The notes under the pieces were generated by a model, which saw only the letters and a list, made by a program, of their open reading frames with translations, did no database searches and was not told where the DNA came from. Shown one piece after another: positions 39,322 to 49,185 of a DNA stretch of 64,000 nt (position 1 is its first letter; each line of letters starts with the position of its first letter). The position numbers and the translations under genes are program-made. The stretch spans positions 1 through 64,000 of the forward strand of contig JBBIRS010000003.1 in NCBI GenBank assembly GCA_037441675.1. Reading direction: 5' to 3'. This stretch comes from Planctomycetales bacterium. GTDB taxonomy: Bacteria > 4484-113.

Positions 39322-40770
39322 TCACTTTGGGAGTTCGAAGAGCCTCAAGTGTGATTTATCGTAGTATCTAACCGCCAAGTATTTTTCACCAGGACTGACT
39401 TTATAACTGTCAACGCCTAGCATTACCATAAACTCTTGTCCATAATCGCTCCAGGAATCGCCAAATCGTGAAGGGGATGAGCCTTCAGCTTCTCTGCTAT
39501 CCTCGGATTTATTTTCGGAGGTTGCACCCTCCTTTGCATCAACAATTGAACCTGCTCTCTTCTTGAGGAAAAGAAAAACACTATTATCCGGCAGGCTCAC
39601 TTTCAGTGCGTAGGGTAGACGGTAGAAGGAGCGCAGGAAGAGAAGGTAATTTCCCTCTGGCGATAGGTAGGGGTTAAAATCAAAACCTCTGGTTTGGCTA
39701 TCTAGAAGCACCTGAAAATTACTGCTCGGAGCGGAAGAGCTTAACGAAACCGAAGACTCAAATAAGCCACCATTCGCTGATGCTACTTTACTCGCGGATA
39801 GAAGGATTATCTTAGTTATCAGCCTTTCCCGTTTGCCCTCCTCGGGCATCTGCGGAATGGGCAGTGTTTCAGGATTAACCAAAAACCCCGGAAATATTTC
39901 CCCCTCTTCTTTTTTGGGATTCACTATCGCCATAAGAATTTCCCCCTTCTCCGTGACTTGAACCCCTCTAAATTGATACGCTTCAAATATTTTCTTTAGC
40001 TCGATTGTTTCAAGGTCTAGAGAAAGCAGGAACTCATGTCTCGGATAATCTCCCATATAGCTTCTGCTGACGATTATTAACGCATTGTGGTAATTGTCGT
40101 AGGTCAAGCTTTCAATAAGATCAACGCTACTTTTTCTTGTTAGTCCCATAAAAGAGCCGGTTTCAAGGCTAAGTCTTCCGAGGCTAATTTCATTTTCGGG
40201 GGATAAAAATTCTCTAGCGGAAACATAGATGTACTTGTCCGTGCTGTCCCAAGCATGTAAGCCAATAACAAAGTCATCCGGCATTTTAGAAAATGAAACT
40301 TGAATGGGGACTTTCTTTCCCAGATCAACCACCCTCAGGAAGGAGGATTCTAAGGGGTGATTGGGAGCACCGTAAAAAGCCACGAACCTTCGGTTTGGGG
40401 AGAGAGAGACTCTTATGTTTTCTGGCTGTGCTTTTGAGCCTAAAATGGAGTAAAGTTCAGTCGCTGATATTAATTTTCTTCGCTCGTAAGTGTCTATCTT
40501 GTGAAGCCAAAGTATCGCCCCATGGGGATTAACCGCATAAAGAACAAGCTCATTTACATCCCACCAATCGTAATCCTCAATCCAGCTTCCATCGGTTAAG
40601 AAAACTTTGTAAGGTTCTTTTACCTCCGAAGCTATGGCGACAAAATTCCGCGTATTAACGGGTAAGAGGAATAGAGAAGAAAAGATGATGATGGAATGGA
40701 TGAGAATTGCATCTAACTTAACATATCCTAAAATCGCGAAATAATTAGCTTTGAAATGAGATTTGAACAT
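39322..40770 (-). CDS. Hypothetical exported protein, TolB-like beta-propeller
   Basis: N-terminal hydrophobic segment; SLSPNRRFVAF, LSPEGNYLLF, VSPGEKYLAV repeats. Confidence 0.7.
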   Translation of the reverse strand: MFKSHFKANYFAILGYVKLDAILIHSIIIFSSLFLLPVNTRNFVAIASEVKEPYKVFLTDGSWIEDYDWWDVNELVLYAVNPHGAILWLHKIDTYERRKLISATELYSILGSKAQPENIRVSLSPNRRFVAFYGAPNHPLESSFLRVVDLGKKVPIQVSFSKMPDDFVIGLHAWDSTDKYIYVSAREFLSPENEISLGRLSLETGSFMGLTRKSSVDLIESLTYDNYHNALIIVSRSYMGDYPRHEFLLSLDLETIELKKIFEAYQFRGVQVTEKGEILMAIVNPKKEEGEIFPGFLVNPETLPIPQMPEEGKRERLITKIILLSASKVASANGGLFESSVSLSSSAPSSNFQVLLDSQTRGFDFNPYLSPEGNYLLFLRSFYRLPYALKVSLPDNSVFLFLKKRAGSIVDAKEGATSENKSEDSREAEGSSPSRFGDSWSDYGQEFMVMLGVDSYKVSPGEKYLAVRYYDKSHLRLFELPK

Positions 40771-40831
40771 ATCTTAGTTTCATATTAACAGATATTGGTT
40801 AATCTCCAAAAATGATAGGGTGAAAATTCAG

Positions 40832-40861
40832 TTGACATACATAAGAATTATTAAATAAAAT
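40832..40861 (+). promoter_or_regulatory. Sigma70 promoter of rpmF-acpP
   Basis: TTGACA-N18-TAAAAT. Confidence 0.6.
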
Positions 40862-40883
40862 AATAATTTAATAAAAAAGAACT

Positions 40884-41096
40884 ATGGCACTTCCAAAGTA
40901 TAAAACTAGAAGGAGTAGGACACGTTCCCGCCGAGCCCACGCATTTTACCACACATTGAAGAGTATAGAAATGGTGAGATGCCCAAGGTGCCATTCCTAT
41001 AAGCCTTCTCATTTCGCCTGCCCATCTTGCGGGTATTATGGCGGTGAAATTATCTTTAAGCCCAAGATTAAGGAAGAACTTGAGGAAGGTGCATAA
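40884..41096 (+). CDS. rpmF: 50S ribosomal protein L32 (Zn-ribbon form)
   Basis: MALPKYKTRRSRTRSRRAH, CPRC...H.ACPSCGYY. Confidence 0.95.
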   Translation: MALPKYKTRRSRTRSRRAHAFYHTLKSIEMVRCPRCHSYKPSHFACPSCGYYGGEIIFKPKIKEELEEGA

Positions 41097-41119
41097 ATAC
41101 TATCGTTTAGGAGGAATAA

Positions 41120-41356
41120 ATGTCATCCTTTGAAGAAGTAAGAGCGCTTATTGCTGAAAAACTGAGCCTTGATGCATCCTCTATTTCGGCTGAATCTAGC
41201 TTTATTGAGGATTTGAACGCAGATTCCCTAGACCTGGCGGACTTGATGATGGCGGTTGAGGATAAGTTTGGCGTTACCTTTGGTGATACTGATACTGAAA
41301 AATTAAAAACCGTAGGCGACTTAGTTAACATTCTTGAAGAAAAGAAAAAGGGCTAA
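41120..41356 (+). CDS. acpP: Acyl carrier protein
   Basis: FIEDLNADSLDLADLMMAVEDKFG; AGGAGG RBS. Confidence 0.95.
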   Translation: MSSFEEVRALIAEKLSLDASSISAESSFIEDLNADSLDLADLMMAVEDKFGVTFGDTDTEKLKTVGDLVNILEEKKKG

Positions 41357-41395
41357 TAACCCGTATTTTTTGGTTTTAGCCCTGCTTAGTTTAAT

Positions 41396-42721
41396 GTGGG
41401 AAGGCCTCCGCAATCTTGGAACCTTCCACGAGGAGAGATTTTGCATACTTCCTTTGGGATTAGGCTTTTCTGGCGCCATCCATCAGTATTCTATACACAG
41501 AAAATGGGTGCGCTTTATCGCGGATGGCTCTTTTATGTCATCTTGGGATTTTCTCTAGCCATCTTTTACCTACTTATCTTTAGCTCATTGCTAGCTTCAT
41601 CCATAGCCTTTGGCGAGGAAGCGATACCGATAAAGGGTAGAGGCGAATCAGGAAAAAATAAGGATTGGGCAGGGGATACTCAAGATAAAAGCGAAGGCTT
41701 AATCCAATCGGAAGTTAAGAAGCTCTCAAGCGCTCCCTTTAATGGAGGCGTCATCACTGATATCACATCAAGTGGAGATGGCTCGGTTTTTCTAATTGCG
41801 CATATGCCTGAAGGGTATTCCATTTACAAGTTCAACTCTGATGAAAATTCCTACACTAAATTTATTTCCTCGGGCTACTTAGAGAAAGTTCTGCCAAGCG
41901 GGATTAATCCAAATGAAGTATTCATCAAGGCGAACAGAGAGGGTAATTTATTGGCATTACTTGCGCTGAATCCTCCAATCCTCCTCCTGCTGGATTTTTC
42001 GGAGTGGCCAAAGTTAAAGCGATTTCAGGTTAAACTTCCGCCCGCTTTTGTGCCAGGGAAAGTTGTTTTCCTTGGTGCTGCGAAGATTGTTGTAAGCTCT
42101 CGCGGATTCTCCGCGAAAGTTATAAACTACCCACTTCTTCTTATAGATATAGCAAAAGCTCAGGTTAAACCGATAAAGCTCAATGCGCCCTTTGCGGTTA
42201 TCAGGGATTTTATAGCGGTGGGAGATGATAAACTTATTGTCGTTGGCTATTTCAAGCCATTTAGCGCCATTTCCTCACTGGAGATTGGCGAGTTTTCTAT
42301 AGAAAGTGGAGATTTAGAGCTATGGAGAGAGTTCAACCCACAGCGAGTTGCTTCCAAAAATGGCAGGATCGCGCTTATTAGTCAGCTTGAGGGGATTGAT
42401 TCAACACCAGAAGGAGATTCAGCTGTGTCAGTGTATGAGCTTCTGCTCCTTACCAAGGATGGCAATAGGTATCCAGGTAGCCTTAAAGTTTCGATTTATG
42501 GGAAGCCAGGATGGTTGGGTTTATGCGATGCGCCTTTCAAAGTCCTTTTGATAAGCGAAGATTCTGAGAGAAATTTAAGCCTCTGGATAATAGATACTTC
42601 CCTCCGTGAGAAAATTTTGGTGGCGAGAGATGTCAATAAGGTTGAGGTGATAAGCGAGGAGAAAATAGTTGTCCTGCCTAGAGGAGAGAATCAACTTGAC
42701 ATCTATTGGATATCACCGTAA
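41396..42721 (+). CDS. Hypothetical exported beta-propeller-like protein (start probably ATG 41504); probable paralog of 39322-40770
   Basis: Signal-like hydrophobic stretch ending SIAFG; aligned segments with the upstream divergent gene. Confidence 0.7.
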   Translation: MGRPPQSWNLPRGEILHTSFGIRLFWRHPSVFYTQKMGALYRGWLFYVILGFSLAIFYLLIFSSLLASSIAFGEEAIPIKGRGESGKNKDWAGDTQDKSEGLIQSEVKKLSSAPFNGGVITDITSSGDGSVFLIAHMPEGYSIYKFNSDENSYTKFISSGYLEKVLPSGINPNEVFIKANREGNLLALLALNPPILLLLDFSEWPKLKRFQVKLPPAFVPGKVVFLGAAKIVVSSRGFSAKVINYPLLLIDIAKAQVKPIKLNAPFAVIRDFIAVGDDKLIVVGYFKPFSAISSLEIGEFSIESGDLELWREFNPQRVASKNGRIALISQLEGIDSTPEGDSAVSVYELLLLTKDGNRYPGSLKVSIYGKPGWLGLCDAPFKVLLISEDSERNLSLWIIDTSLREKILVARDVNKVEVISEEKIVVLPRGENQLDIYWISP

Positions 42722-43200
42722 AAGTAGGTTGGATCGTAGTTGAGAGGTTTTTCTTTGGAGAGAATTTGAGCTTCAAGCACTTTTCCAAGAAGGCAGGAGT
42801 GATCTCCAGCTGGGAAAGTAGCCTGGAGCTTACAATCAATGAAGCCAATGATGCCTTCCTCTAAAACTGGAGCGCCACTTTGGACAGTGCGCCACTTTAG
42901 CCCTTGAAATTTATCACTCTCGCGCCCACTGACTGAACCCATTTTTTTCGCAAGCTCTAGGCCATCCTTTCCGACGACGTTCAAGCAGAAAGCGCCGCTA
43001 TTTATGAGTAGCTCGTAGGTAAATCGCTTTGGGTGAACAAAAACCGCAATCATAGGTGGACGGAATGACGCCCTTGCAACCCAAACTACTGTGCATCCGT
43101 TGGCACGCTTTCCGTATGAGCTTGTGAGAATATAAACCTGCTGGCTTAGCCTTTCCAGGGCTTCTAAAATGCTGTTATCCCTCTCTTTTTTTCGTGGCAA
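42703..43200 (-). CDS. Flavin reductase family protein
   Basis: VYILTS, SFRPP, FCLNV, GSVSGRESDKF, GAPVL, GDHS.LLG.V. Confidence 0.9.
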   Translation of the reverse strand: MPRKKERDNSILEALERLSQQVYILTSSYGKRANGCTVVWVARASFRPPMIAVFVHPKRFTYELLINSGAFCLNVVGKDGLELAKKMGSVSGRESDKFQGLKWRTVQSGAPVLEEGIIGFIDCKLQATFPAGDHSCLLGKVLEAQILSKEKPLNYDPTYFYGDIQ

Positions 43201-43243
43201 ATCCTTCTCCTTCGGGGCTAATCTCCTTGGTGTGGATTTTTAA

Positions 43244-43272
43244 ATTCTACAAAGAGTATTTGAGAATGTCAA
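43244..43272 (-). promoter_or_regulatory. Sigma70 promoter of the flavin reductase gene
   Basis: Minus strand TTGACA-N17-TAGAAT. Confidence 0.7.
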
Positions 43273-43293
43273 TCCTCTAACTTGATGATAAGA

Positions 43294-43308
43294 TGAGAAT
43301 AAATCTCA
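43294..43308. promoter_or_regulatory. Fur-like inverted repeat TGAGA-N5-TCTCA
   Basis: TGAGAATAAATCTCA; same architecture as the box at the feoA promoter. Confidence 0.45.
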
Positions 43309-43370
43309 GCATATTTCGCTTTAGAGTAATTATTGTGCCATGATGATATAATCCTAAGAGGAGATATTCA

Positions 43371-44753
43371 ATGGGCATAACTCACACAGTTTCTTTGCCA
43401 ACAACGCGTGGCGTTTCAGAAAAATTTGAAATATTTCACAGCTTCACCATTGAGGAACTAGAGAAGTGCGCTCAAGAAGAAAGAGTGAGCGTGGATTTTC
43501 TGCTTGACGGGCTTAATCGTGGGACCATAATTATTCCACGCAACAAGAATCATAGGAGCGTCCGCCCGACCGCTATAGGATACGGGGTTAGAACGAAGGT
43601 CAACGCTAACATTGGAACTTCCGCGTTTTTGAAGGATGTGAAGGAGGAGCTTCACAAGCTTGACGTTGCGGTCAGGGCAGGAGCGGATACCGCAATGGAC
43701 TTATCCACCGGCGGAGACCTTAAGGCAATCAGGCAGGAGATCCTTGATGCTAGCCCAATCCCGATAGGCACAGTTCCAGTTTACGAAGTAGGCAGAAGGA
43801 TGATTGGCAAGCCGGGTGGCTTTATAAAAGCGCCTGTTTCCCTTTTCTTTGAGGTTGTGGAGGAGCAGGCTGAACAGGGTGTTGACTATTTCACCATTCA
43901 TGCGGGAGTGACTCAGGACAATCTTAAAGTTGTTGAGAGCGTTTCTAGAATTACGGGAATTGTCTCAAGGGGTGGCGGTATGATGGGCGCTTGGATGAGG
44001 GCAAATAGGCGCGAGAATCCTTTCTACGAGTTCTTTGATGAACTTACCGATATCTTAGCGAAGTGTTGCGTTACCTACTCCCTGGGCGATGGACTAAGAC
44101 CGGGCAGTATTCATGATGCGAGCGATGCTGTCCAGTTTTCGGAGCTTTTTGTACTGGGCGATTTGACTAAACGGGCATGGCAGAAAGGTGTGCAGGTAAT
44201 GATAGAAGGTCCAGGACACATTCCACTGAACCAGATTGAGATGAACGTGAAGATTCAGAAGAAAGTTTGCCATAACGCGCCGTTTTACGTGCTAGGACCA
44301 CTGGTTACTGATATCGCGCCGGGTTACGATCACATAACAGGAGCAATGGGGGGGCTTATCGCTGGAGCAGCTGGGGCAGATCTTTTATGTTACGTGACAC
44401 CTGCGGAACATCTTGCCCTACCGGATGCGAGAGATGTTCATGAGGGTGTTATCGCTTTCAAGATTGCTGCTCACGCGGCAGATATCGCTAAGGGCATACC
44501 TGGCGCAATGGAATGGGACAACGAACTTTCCCGCGCTAGAAAAGAGTTTCGCTGGGAAGACCAAATTAGGCTTGCGCTTGACCCAGTGCGCGCTCGGCAG
44601 TATCGTGAGAGGGATAAGGTCGCGCTAACCTATGAGGGTTGCACTATGTGCGGGGAGTTCTGCCCAATGCGCGAGGATGAAAAATCTCGGAAGAGATTGC
44701 TTGAGGAGCCTCTGCCAGAAGAGTTGGAAGCGGAGGAAGCTTATTACCTTTAG
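43371..44753 (+). CDS. thiC: Phosphomethylpyrimidine synthase (ThiC family)
   Basis: TKVNANIGTS, MDLSTGG, GTVPVY, VSRGG, SLGDGLRPG, EGPGHIP, YVTPAEHL, CTMCGEFC. Confidence 0.9.
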   Translation: MGITHTVSLPTTRGVSEKFEIFHSFTIEELEKCAQEERVSVDFLLDGLNRGTIIIPRNKNHRSVRPTAIGYGVRTKVNANIGTSAFLKDVKEELHKLDVAVRAGADTAMDLSTGGDLKAIRQEILDASPIPIGTVPVYEVGRRMIGKPGGFIKAPVSLFFEVVEEQAEQGVDYFTIHAGVTQDNLKVVESVSRITGIVSRGGGMMGAWMRANRRENPFYEFFDELTDILAKCCVTYSLGDGLRPGSIHDASDAVQFSELFVLGDLTKRAWQKGVQVMIEGPGHIPLNQIEMNVKIQKKVCHNAPFYVLGPLVTDIAPGYDHITGAMGGLIAGAAGADLLCYVTPAEHLALPDARDVHEGVIAFKIAAHAADIAKGIPGAMEWDNELSRARKEFRWEDQIRLALDPVRARQYRERDKVALTYEGCTMCGEFCPMREDEKSRKRLLEEPLPEELEAEEAYYL

Positions 44754-44797
44754 GGGATTTGATAATTCGCCTACTTTGAATTAAGCTTTGTAAGACA

Positions 44798-45997
44798 GTG
44801 GAGTGTGAGAGAGGATTTGACGTTCTAATAATAGGAGCGGGACCTGCGGGGGCTTCTGCTCTAGCTAACCTTTTGCCAGGCATTTCAGTCGCAATCGTTG
44901 ACTTGGACGACAAGTTAAATCCCAAAGGCAAAGCAAAGCTATGCGGGGGGCTTCTCACCAAATTGGCTCAGTCTTTAATAGATGAAATTCCTCAGGATGT
45001 ACGAACAGAGCCTTTTAAGACTAAAATTGAATATCACGATATCAACCTGAACCGCTTCTTAAGCTTCCCTGTTCCCTACGCGAACTGCGACAGGGGGTTG
45101 TTTGACAGCTGGTTACTTAAAGGGGCTCTTAGAAAGAAGGATGGGGATGTGCTTTATCTTTCTAACACGAAGCTGATTGGGCTTGATTTTCTGTCAGAGG
45201 GTTTTCGCCTGGCGCTTCAATCTGTTCAGGATGGAAAACCCTTGAATATTACCGCGAGGTACTTGATTGACGCAAGCGGTTGGAGGCAGGTCTTGAGAAG
45301 GCTTCTGGGAAAACCACTTGCTCCGACATATAACGCGATACAAATTACCTACGCCTTGAAGTCTATGCCTTATCAGAATTACATCGCCATCTTTGATACG
45401 GTAAGCACGCCCTTTTTCGCATGGTGGATACCAAAGACTTTCACAAAAGAAGAGAGGGAAGATGCATCATTTTCCAAGTTTCACCTGGCGGAGATTGGCT
45501 CAGCATTTCCGAAAAGCATCAAGGGAAAGGCGGATGATTTGCTTAGAACTTTCGTTCTTCACTTAAGGAAGAGAGGAATTGAAATTGGAGAAAAGATTGA
45601 GGTTCGCGGATGCCCGCTGACTCGCATAAGAAGCATAACTGACATTTGGCTAGGTGAGGGAAATATTCTTGCGGTTGGAGAGGCGGGCGGGCTAGTATCG
45701 CCTAGCAGTGGCGATGGCATAAGTTATGCCCTTGCTTCGGGAAGAGCGGTTGGTATTGCCATAAGCGCTAAGTTAAATGGAGGAAAACAGAACACCCATT
45801 GCGCTTATAACAGGGGTAGCCTATCAGTAAGTTCGCCGATACTATCTTCTTATAGGAGGATGCTTCTTCCTCAAATTTTTGAGCTACGGCTGAACATATT
45901 GAAAGCAAGGCTTTTCGCAAAGCCATCAACACGAGCTATGCTTAGCACTTTCTACAAGACTTTTTTCTTTCATAAAGTTAGGAGCATTAAAGCTTGA
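44798..45997 (+). CDS. FAD-dependent oxidoreductase, geranylgeranyl reductase / CbrA-like
   Basis: IIGAGPAG, KLCGGLL, DRGLFDSWL, VGEAGGLVSPSSGDGISYAL. Confidence 0.8.
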   Translation: MECERGFDVLIIGAGPAGASALANLLPGISVAIVDLDDKLNPKGKAKLCGGLLTKLAQSLIDEIPQDVRTEPFKTKIEYHDINLNRFLSFPVPYANCDRGLFDSWLLKGALRKKDGDVLYLSNTKLIGLDFLSEGFRLALQSVQDGKPLNITARYLIDASGWRQVLRRLLGKPLAPTYNAIQITYALKSMPYQNYIAIFDTVSTPFFAWWIPKTFTKEEREDASFSKFHLAEIGSAFPKSIKGKADDLLRTFVLHLRKRGIEIGEKIEVRGCPLTRIRSITDIWLGEGNILAVGEAGGLVSPSSGDGISYALASGRAVGIAISAKLNGGKQNTHCAYNRGSLSVSSPILSSYRRMLLPQIFELRLNILKARLFAKPSTRAMLSTFYKTFFFHKVRSIKA

Positions 45998-46100
45998 ATA
46001 CTTCGCTCTAGTAACTTATAATGGTATTGGAAACGGGATGGCAGGTTTTGCAAAATTCCTCTCCACACTATTATTCCTATTCACTGGGCATATAACCAGC

Positions 46101-46448
46101 ATGGCTGACTTCAAATACGCAATAACAACTGGACTTGATCCCAAAGTACCAGCTCAGGATCGCTTCACCCTTGCGCTTAAAGAGGAGAAGGGAGAACTTA
46201 TCAGCGAAGATAGACCCGAGCTTGTAGTTCCACTTTACAAGGTGATTTTACGGGATAAGTTCGGCTTGAGAATGGATGACGTCTTTTACTTCAGCAAGGA
46301 CAAAAAAAGAATAGACACATGCTTGAAAAAAATATCCGAGGAACTGCAAACGAGAACTGTTGCGCAGTTTACGGAGATGTGGATATCCAATCGGAACTTG
46401 GACTTCCTCACAGGCGTTGAGGAACGAATGGAATTTTCGGAGGGCTAG
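46101..46448 (+). CDS. Hypothetical protein (start 46038 or 46101)
   Basis: ORF fills the gap and ends 4 nt before hisC. Confidence 0.6.
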   Translation: MADFKYAITTGLDPKVPAQDRFTLALKEEKGELISEDRPELVVPLYKVILRDKFGLRMDDVFYFSKDKKRIDTCLKKISEELQTRTVAQFTEMWISNRNLDFLTGVEERMEFSEG

Positions 46449-46452
46449 TTAA

Positions 46453-47556
46453 ATGGATTTAACCCGCCTAATGAAGAAGCACCTTCTTCAGGTGCAACCA
46501 TACGTTGCCGGTAGACCAATCAGAGAGGAGAAAAACGTCCTCAAGCTAGCTAGCAATGAGAATCTACTTGGCGTGCCTGAAAGCGTAAAAAGAAAAATTC
46601 AGGAAATTGCCAGTAACCTTAACCTTTACCCTGATGATGGCTCTTACTTTTTAAAGAAGAAGCTGGCGGAGTATTACAAAATTGATGAGGATTACATTTT
46701 TCCCACATCTGGCGCGGTGGAAGCTATTTACTATGTAGCGCAGGTCTTTCTTGATGAGGGCGATGAGACGATTATGAGCAAGCCAGGATTTCCCATTTTC
46801 AATATCGTTGGAAAAATTCAGAACGCAGTGTGCATTTTTGTTGATGTGGATAGGAACTTTGTCGCTGATGTTGACGAGATGGTGAAGCGGGTGAACGATA
46901 AGACGAAGGTTGTTTGGCTTGACAACCCGAACAACCCTTGCGGAACTATCGTGGAGAGGGATGGCGTGCTTAAGCTTTTAGACGCAATTAACGGAAGATG
47001 CATCCTCGTTTACGATGAAGCGTATGTGGACTTCGTGGAGCCTGACGCGGATTACATTAACGGCTTGGAGCTAATAAAGGAGCATGAAAACGTAATTGTT
47101 ATGCGAACCTACTCAAAAATCTTCGGGATGGCGGGAATACGGTCTGGAACTATAATTGCCCATCCGGATATTGTCTCCATCCTAAGCAAGGTGAGAATTC
47201 CCTTTAACGTAAATAGCGTTGCACAAGCCTGCCTCATGGCGGCAATGGAAGAGGATGAGTTTTATAGGAGGAGCGTTGAGACAAACGCCAAGATGCGCAG
47301 TTTAGTTAGCGCACTTTTGAATGAGTACGGCTTTTACTATGTGCCAAGCCATACAAATTTCGTGCTAGTTGATACTGGCGTTGATTGCGTCCTCTTGGCG
47401 GAGGAGATGGGGAAGGATGGAGTGTTTGTTAGACCGATGAAAGGCGTCGGATTACCAAAATTTATTCGGGTTAGCTTTCCCGCGAAGGAAGAAGATTGCC
47501 TTCGCTTTATTGAAAGCTTGAATAGAAGCGTCCAAAAGTTGAGGGCGCAAAGTTAA
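46453..47556 (+). CDS. hisC: Histidinol-phosphate aminotransferase
   Basis: KLASNEN, YPD, NPNNPCG, DEAY, RTYSKIFGMAGIRSG, PFNVN, PSHTNF. Confidence 0.9.
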   Translation: MDLTRLMKKHLLQVQPYVAGRPIREEKNVLKLASNENLLGVPESVKRKIQEIASNLNLYPDDGSYFLKKKLAEYYKIDEDYIFPTSGAVEAIYYVAQVFLDEGDETIMSKPGFPIFNIVGKIQNAVCIFVDVDRNFVADVDEMVKRVNDKTKVVWLDNPNNPCGTIVERDGVLKLLDAINGRCILVYDEAYVDFVEPDADYINGLELIKEHENVIVMRTYSKIFGMAGIRSGTIIAHPDIVSILSKVRIPFNVNSVAQACLMAAMEEDEFYRRSVETNAKMRSLVSALLNEYGFYYVPSHTNFVLVDTGVDCVLLAEEMGKDGVFVRPMKGVGLPKFIRVSFPAKEEDCLRFIESLNRSVQKLRAQS

Positions 47557-47607
47557 AAGCTTCCCATTTCCGAAAAATTTTCTCATATCTTTATCTTAGC
47601 CATTTGC

Positions 47608-47632
47608 GAACTTTCATCGTCATAGAAAGTTC
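47608..47632. terminator. 8-bp hairpin between convergent hisC and rsmA
   Basis: gaactttc-N9-gaaagttc; no clear U-tract. Confidence 0.35.
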
Positions 47633-47775
47633 CACTAAAATTTTTTGATGATTAACTCAAGCATCCTTACTCTGCCTTGCGCTGGGCTGTTTTGGAGATA
47701 AAGCTAGTGTTTCAAGGGGGGCAGGAAACATATGCATCAACGGTGAGACTTCTGCGACATGGCTGGCTAATATTC

Positions 47776-48624
47776 CTAATCGGGAGGGAAGAGAGTCTGC
47801 GCTAAGCGGATGAACTCCTCTTTGGTGAGAGTATCACCACGTCTATCGGGAAGAATATCAGCGTGGGCTAAAACACGCAGGAGTTCAGTTCTCTTGATAT
47901 GAGGGAAGGTTGCGAGAAGCGCATTCACTATCGTTTTTCTCCTATGCTTAAAAGTTCCCTCAACCACTCGGAAGTATCGCTCCCAATCGGAAATCTTTGG
48001 CTGATGAGAAAGCTTCACAATTTTCACCAGGCAGGAATCCACCTGCGGAACAGGATAGAAGGCGGTTCGAGGAACAAAGAGTAGCTCGCTGGTGGAAACG
48101 AAACTTTGCGCGTAAACGGAAAGTGAACCGTAGGCTTTGCTGCCGGGATGGGCGGTGAGCCTTTTGGCAACTTCCCGTTGAAGCATTACCACCGCTCCAT
48201 CAAGCCACGCGGAATTTGCAATTACCCAAATGAGAAACTCGCTGGTTAGCTGGTAGGGCAGATTGCTGATTATGGAAAAATGTCCACCTTTCAGCTCTTC
48301 TCGCAATGAGTCAAGTTCGTAACGATGAATATACCTTTCGCGTATCTCTAGATTCTTGAAGTATGGCTGAAGTTCGGTTATGAGGAACTTCGCCATCTTT
48401 GCATCGGGCTCGTAAGCTATGACCCTTTCACTGCGCTTGGCGAGAGCTTCCGTTAGCGTTCCTAGCCCTGCGCCAATTTCAATAACAACCCCGTTTAAGA
48501 ACTTTTCTGAATGCTTTAGAATTGAACCTAAAACGGTGTCATCAACGAGAAAGTGCTGGGATAAGGATTTGTTAGGCCTTATTCCAGCAATTCTCCTTCT
48601 CCTTTGAACTTCTTCAAAAAGCAC
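47776..48624 (-). CDS. rsmA: 16S rRNA adenine dimethyltransferase
   Basis: KSLSQHFL, EIGAGLGTLT, SNLPYQLTS, MLQREVA.RL, YGSLSV, F.P.P.VDS. Confidence 0.95.
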   Translation of the reverse strand: MLFEEVQRRRRIAGIRPNKSLSQHFLVDDTVLGSILKHSEKFLNGVVIEIGAGLGTLTEALAKRSERVIAYEPDAKMAKFLITELQPYFKNLEIRERYIHRYELDSLREELKGGHFSIISNLPYQLTSEFLIWVIANSAWLDGAVVMLQREVAKRLTAHPGSKAYGSLSVYAQSFVSTSELLFVPRTAFYPVPQVDSCLVKIVKLSHQPKISDWERYFRVVEGTFKHRRKTIVNALLATFPHIKRTELLRVLAHADILPDRRGDTLTKEEFIRLAQTLFPPD

Positions 48625-48778
48625 AAGCGGAAGTTTAGCACAACTTGTTCTGAAGATTCATATTAGAGCTTGAGAGAGCTCGATGGAGGAGAGATTGATC
48701 AGCGGTTCTCTTTATCTTTTGACACTGATCCAAGGGGAAAGGGGAGAGAAATATTTGAGAATATTTTCACTAAATTTC

Positions 48779-48826
48779 TTGACATTTACTAGAATATGAT
48801 GTATTATTATTTGAGATGATTTCTCA
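48779..48826 (+). promoter_or_regulatory. feo promoter TTGACA-N17-TATTAT with Fur-like box TGAGATGATTTCTCA (48812-48826) over the start site
   Basis: Read directly; related sites near 48756 and 49166. Confidence 0.75.
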
Positions 48827-48872
48827 GGGTAGAGTTGGGAGATTTCGCAGAAAGAGGCAGAAGGGACGCCAA

Positions 48873-49142
48873 GTGGACGAGATTAGCTCGCAAAATGAAC
48901 GGCTGGATGAGTCTGAGCTTATCTTTCCACTTAGCCATGCCTCAGTTGGACGCACCTACATTGTGGTTTCCTACGATGGCGATGACGCCTTTGCTGAAAG
49001 ACTTGCGGAGCTTGGGTTCGTTCGTGGGGCTCGCGTTAAGCCCTGCCAAAAAGTCTTTGGTGGAATGAAAGTGGTAATTAATGGCGCAACCTTTGGGTTA
49101 TCTAGAAGTGTCCTAAATCACATAATTGTTACTAGAGATTAG
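48873..49142 (+). CDS. feoA: Ferrous iron transport protein A (start uncertain; GTG 48873)
   Basis: PLS...VG, RLAELGFVRGARV, INGATFGL; upstream of feoB. Confidence 0.85.
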   Translation: MDEISSQNERLDESELIFPLSHASVGRTYIVVSYDGDDAFAERLAELGFVRGARVKPCQKVFGGMKVVINGATFGLSRSVLNHIIVTRD

Positions 49143-49185
49143 TTATTTTTTTTTAGGAACTCATTGAGATTGAATTGCAAATTTA

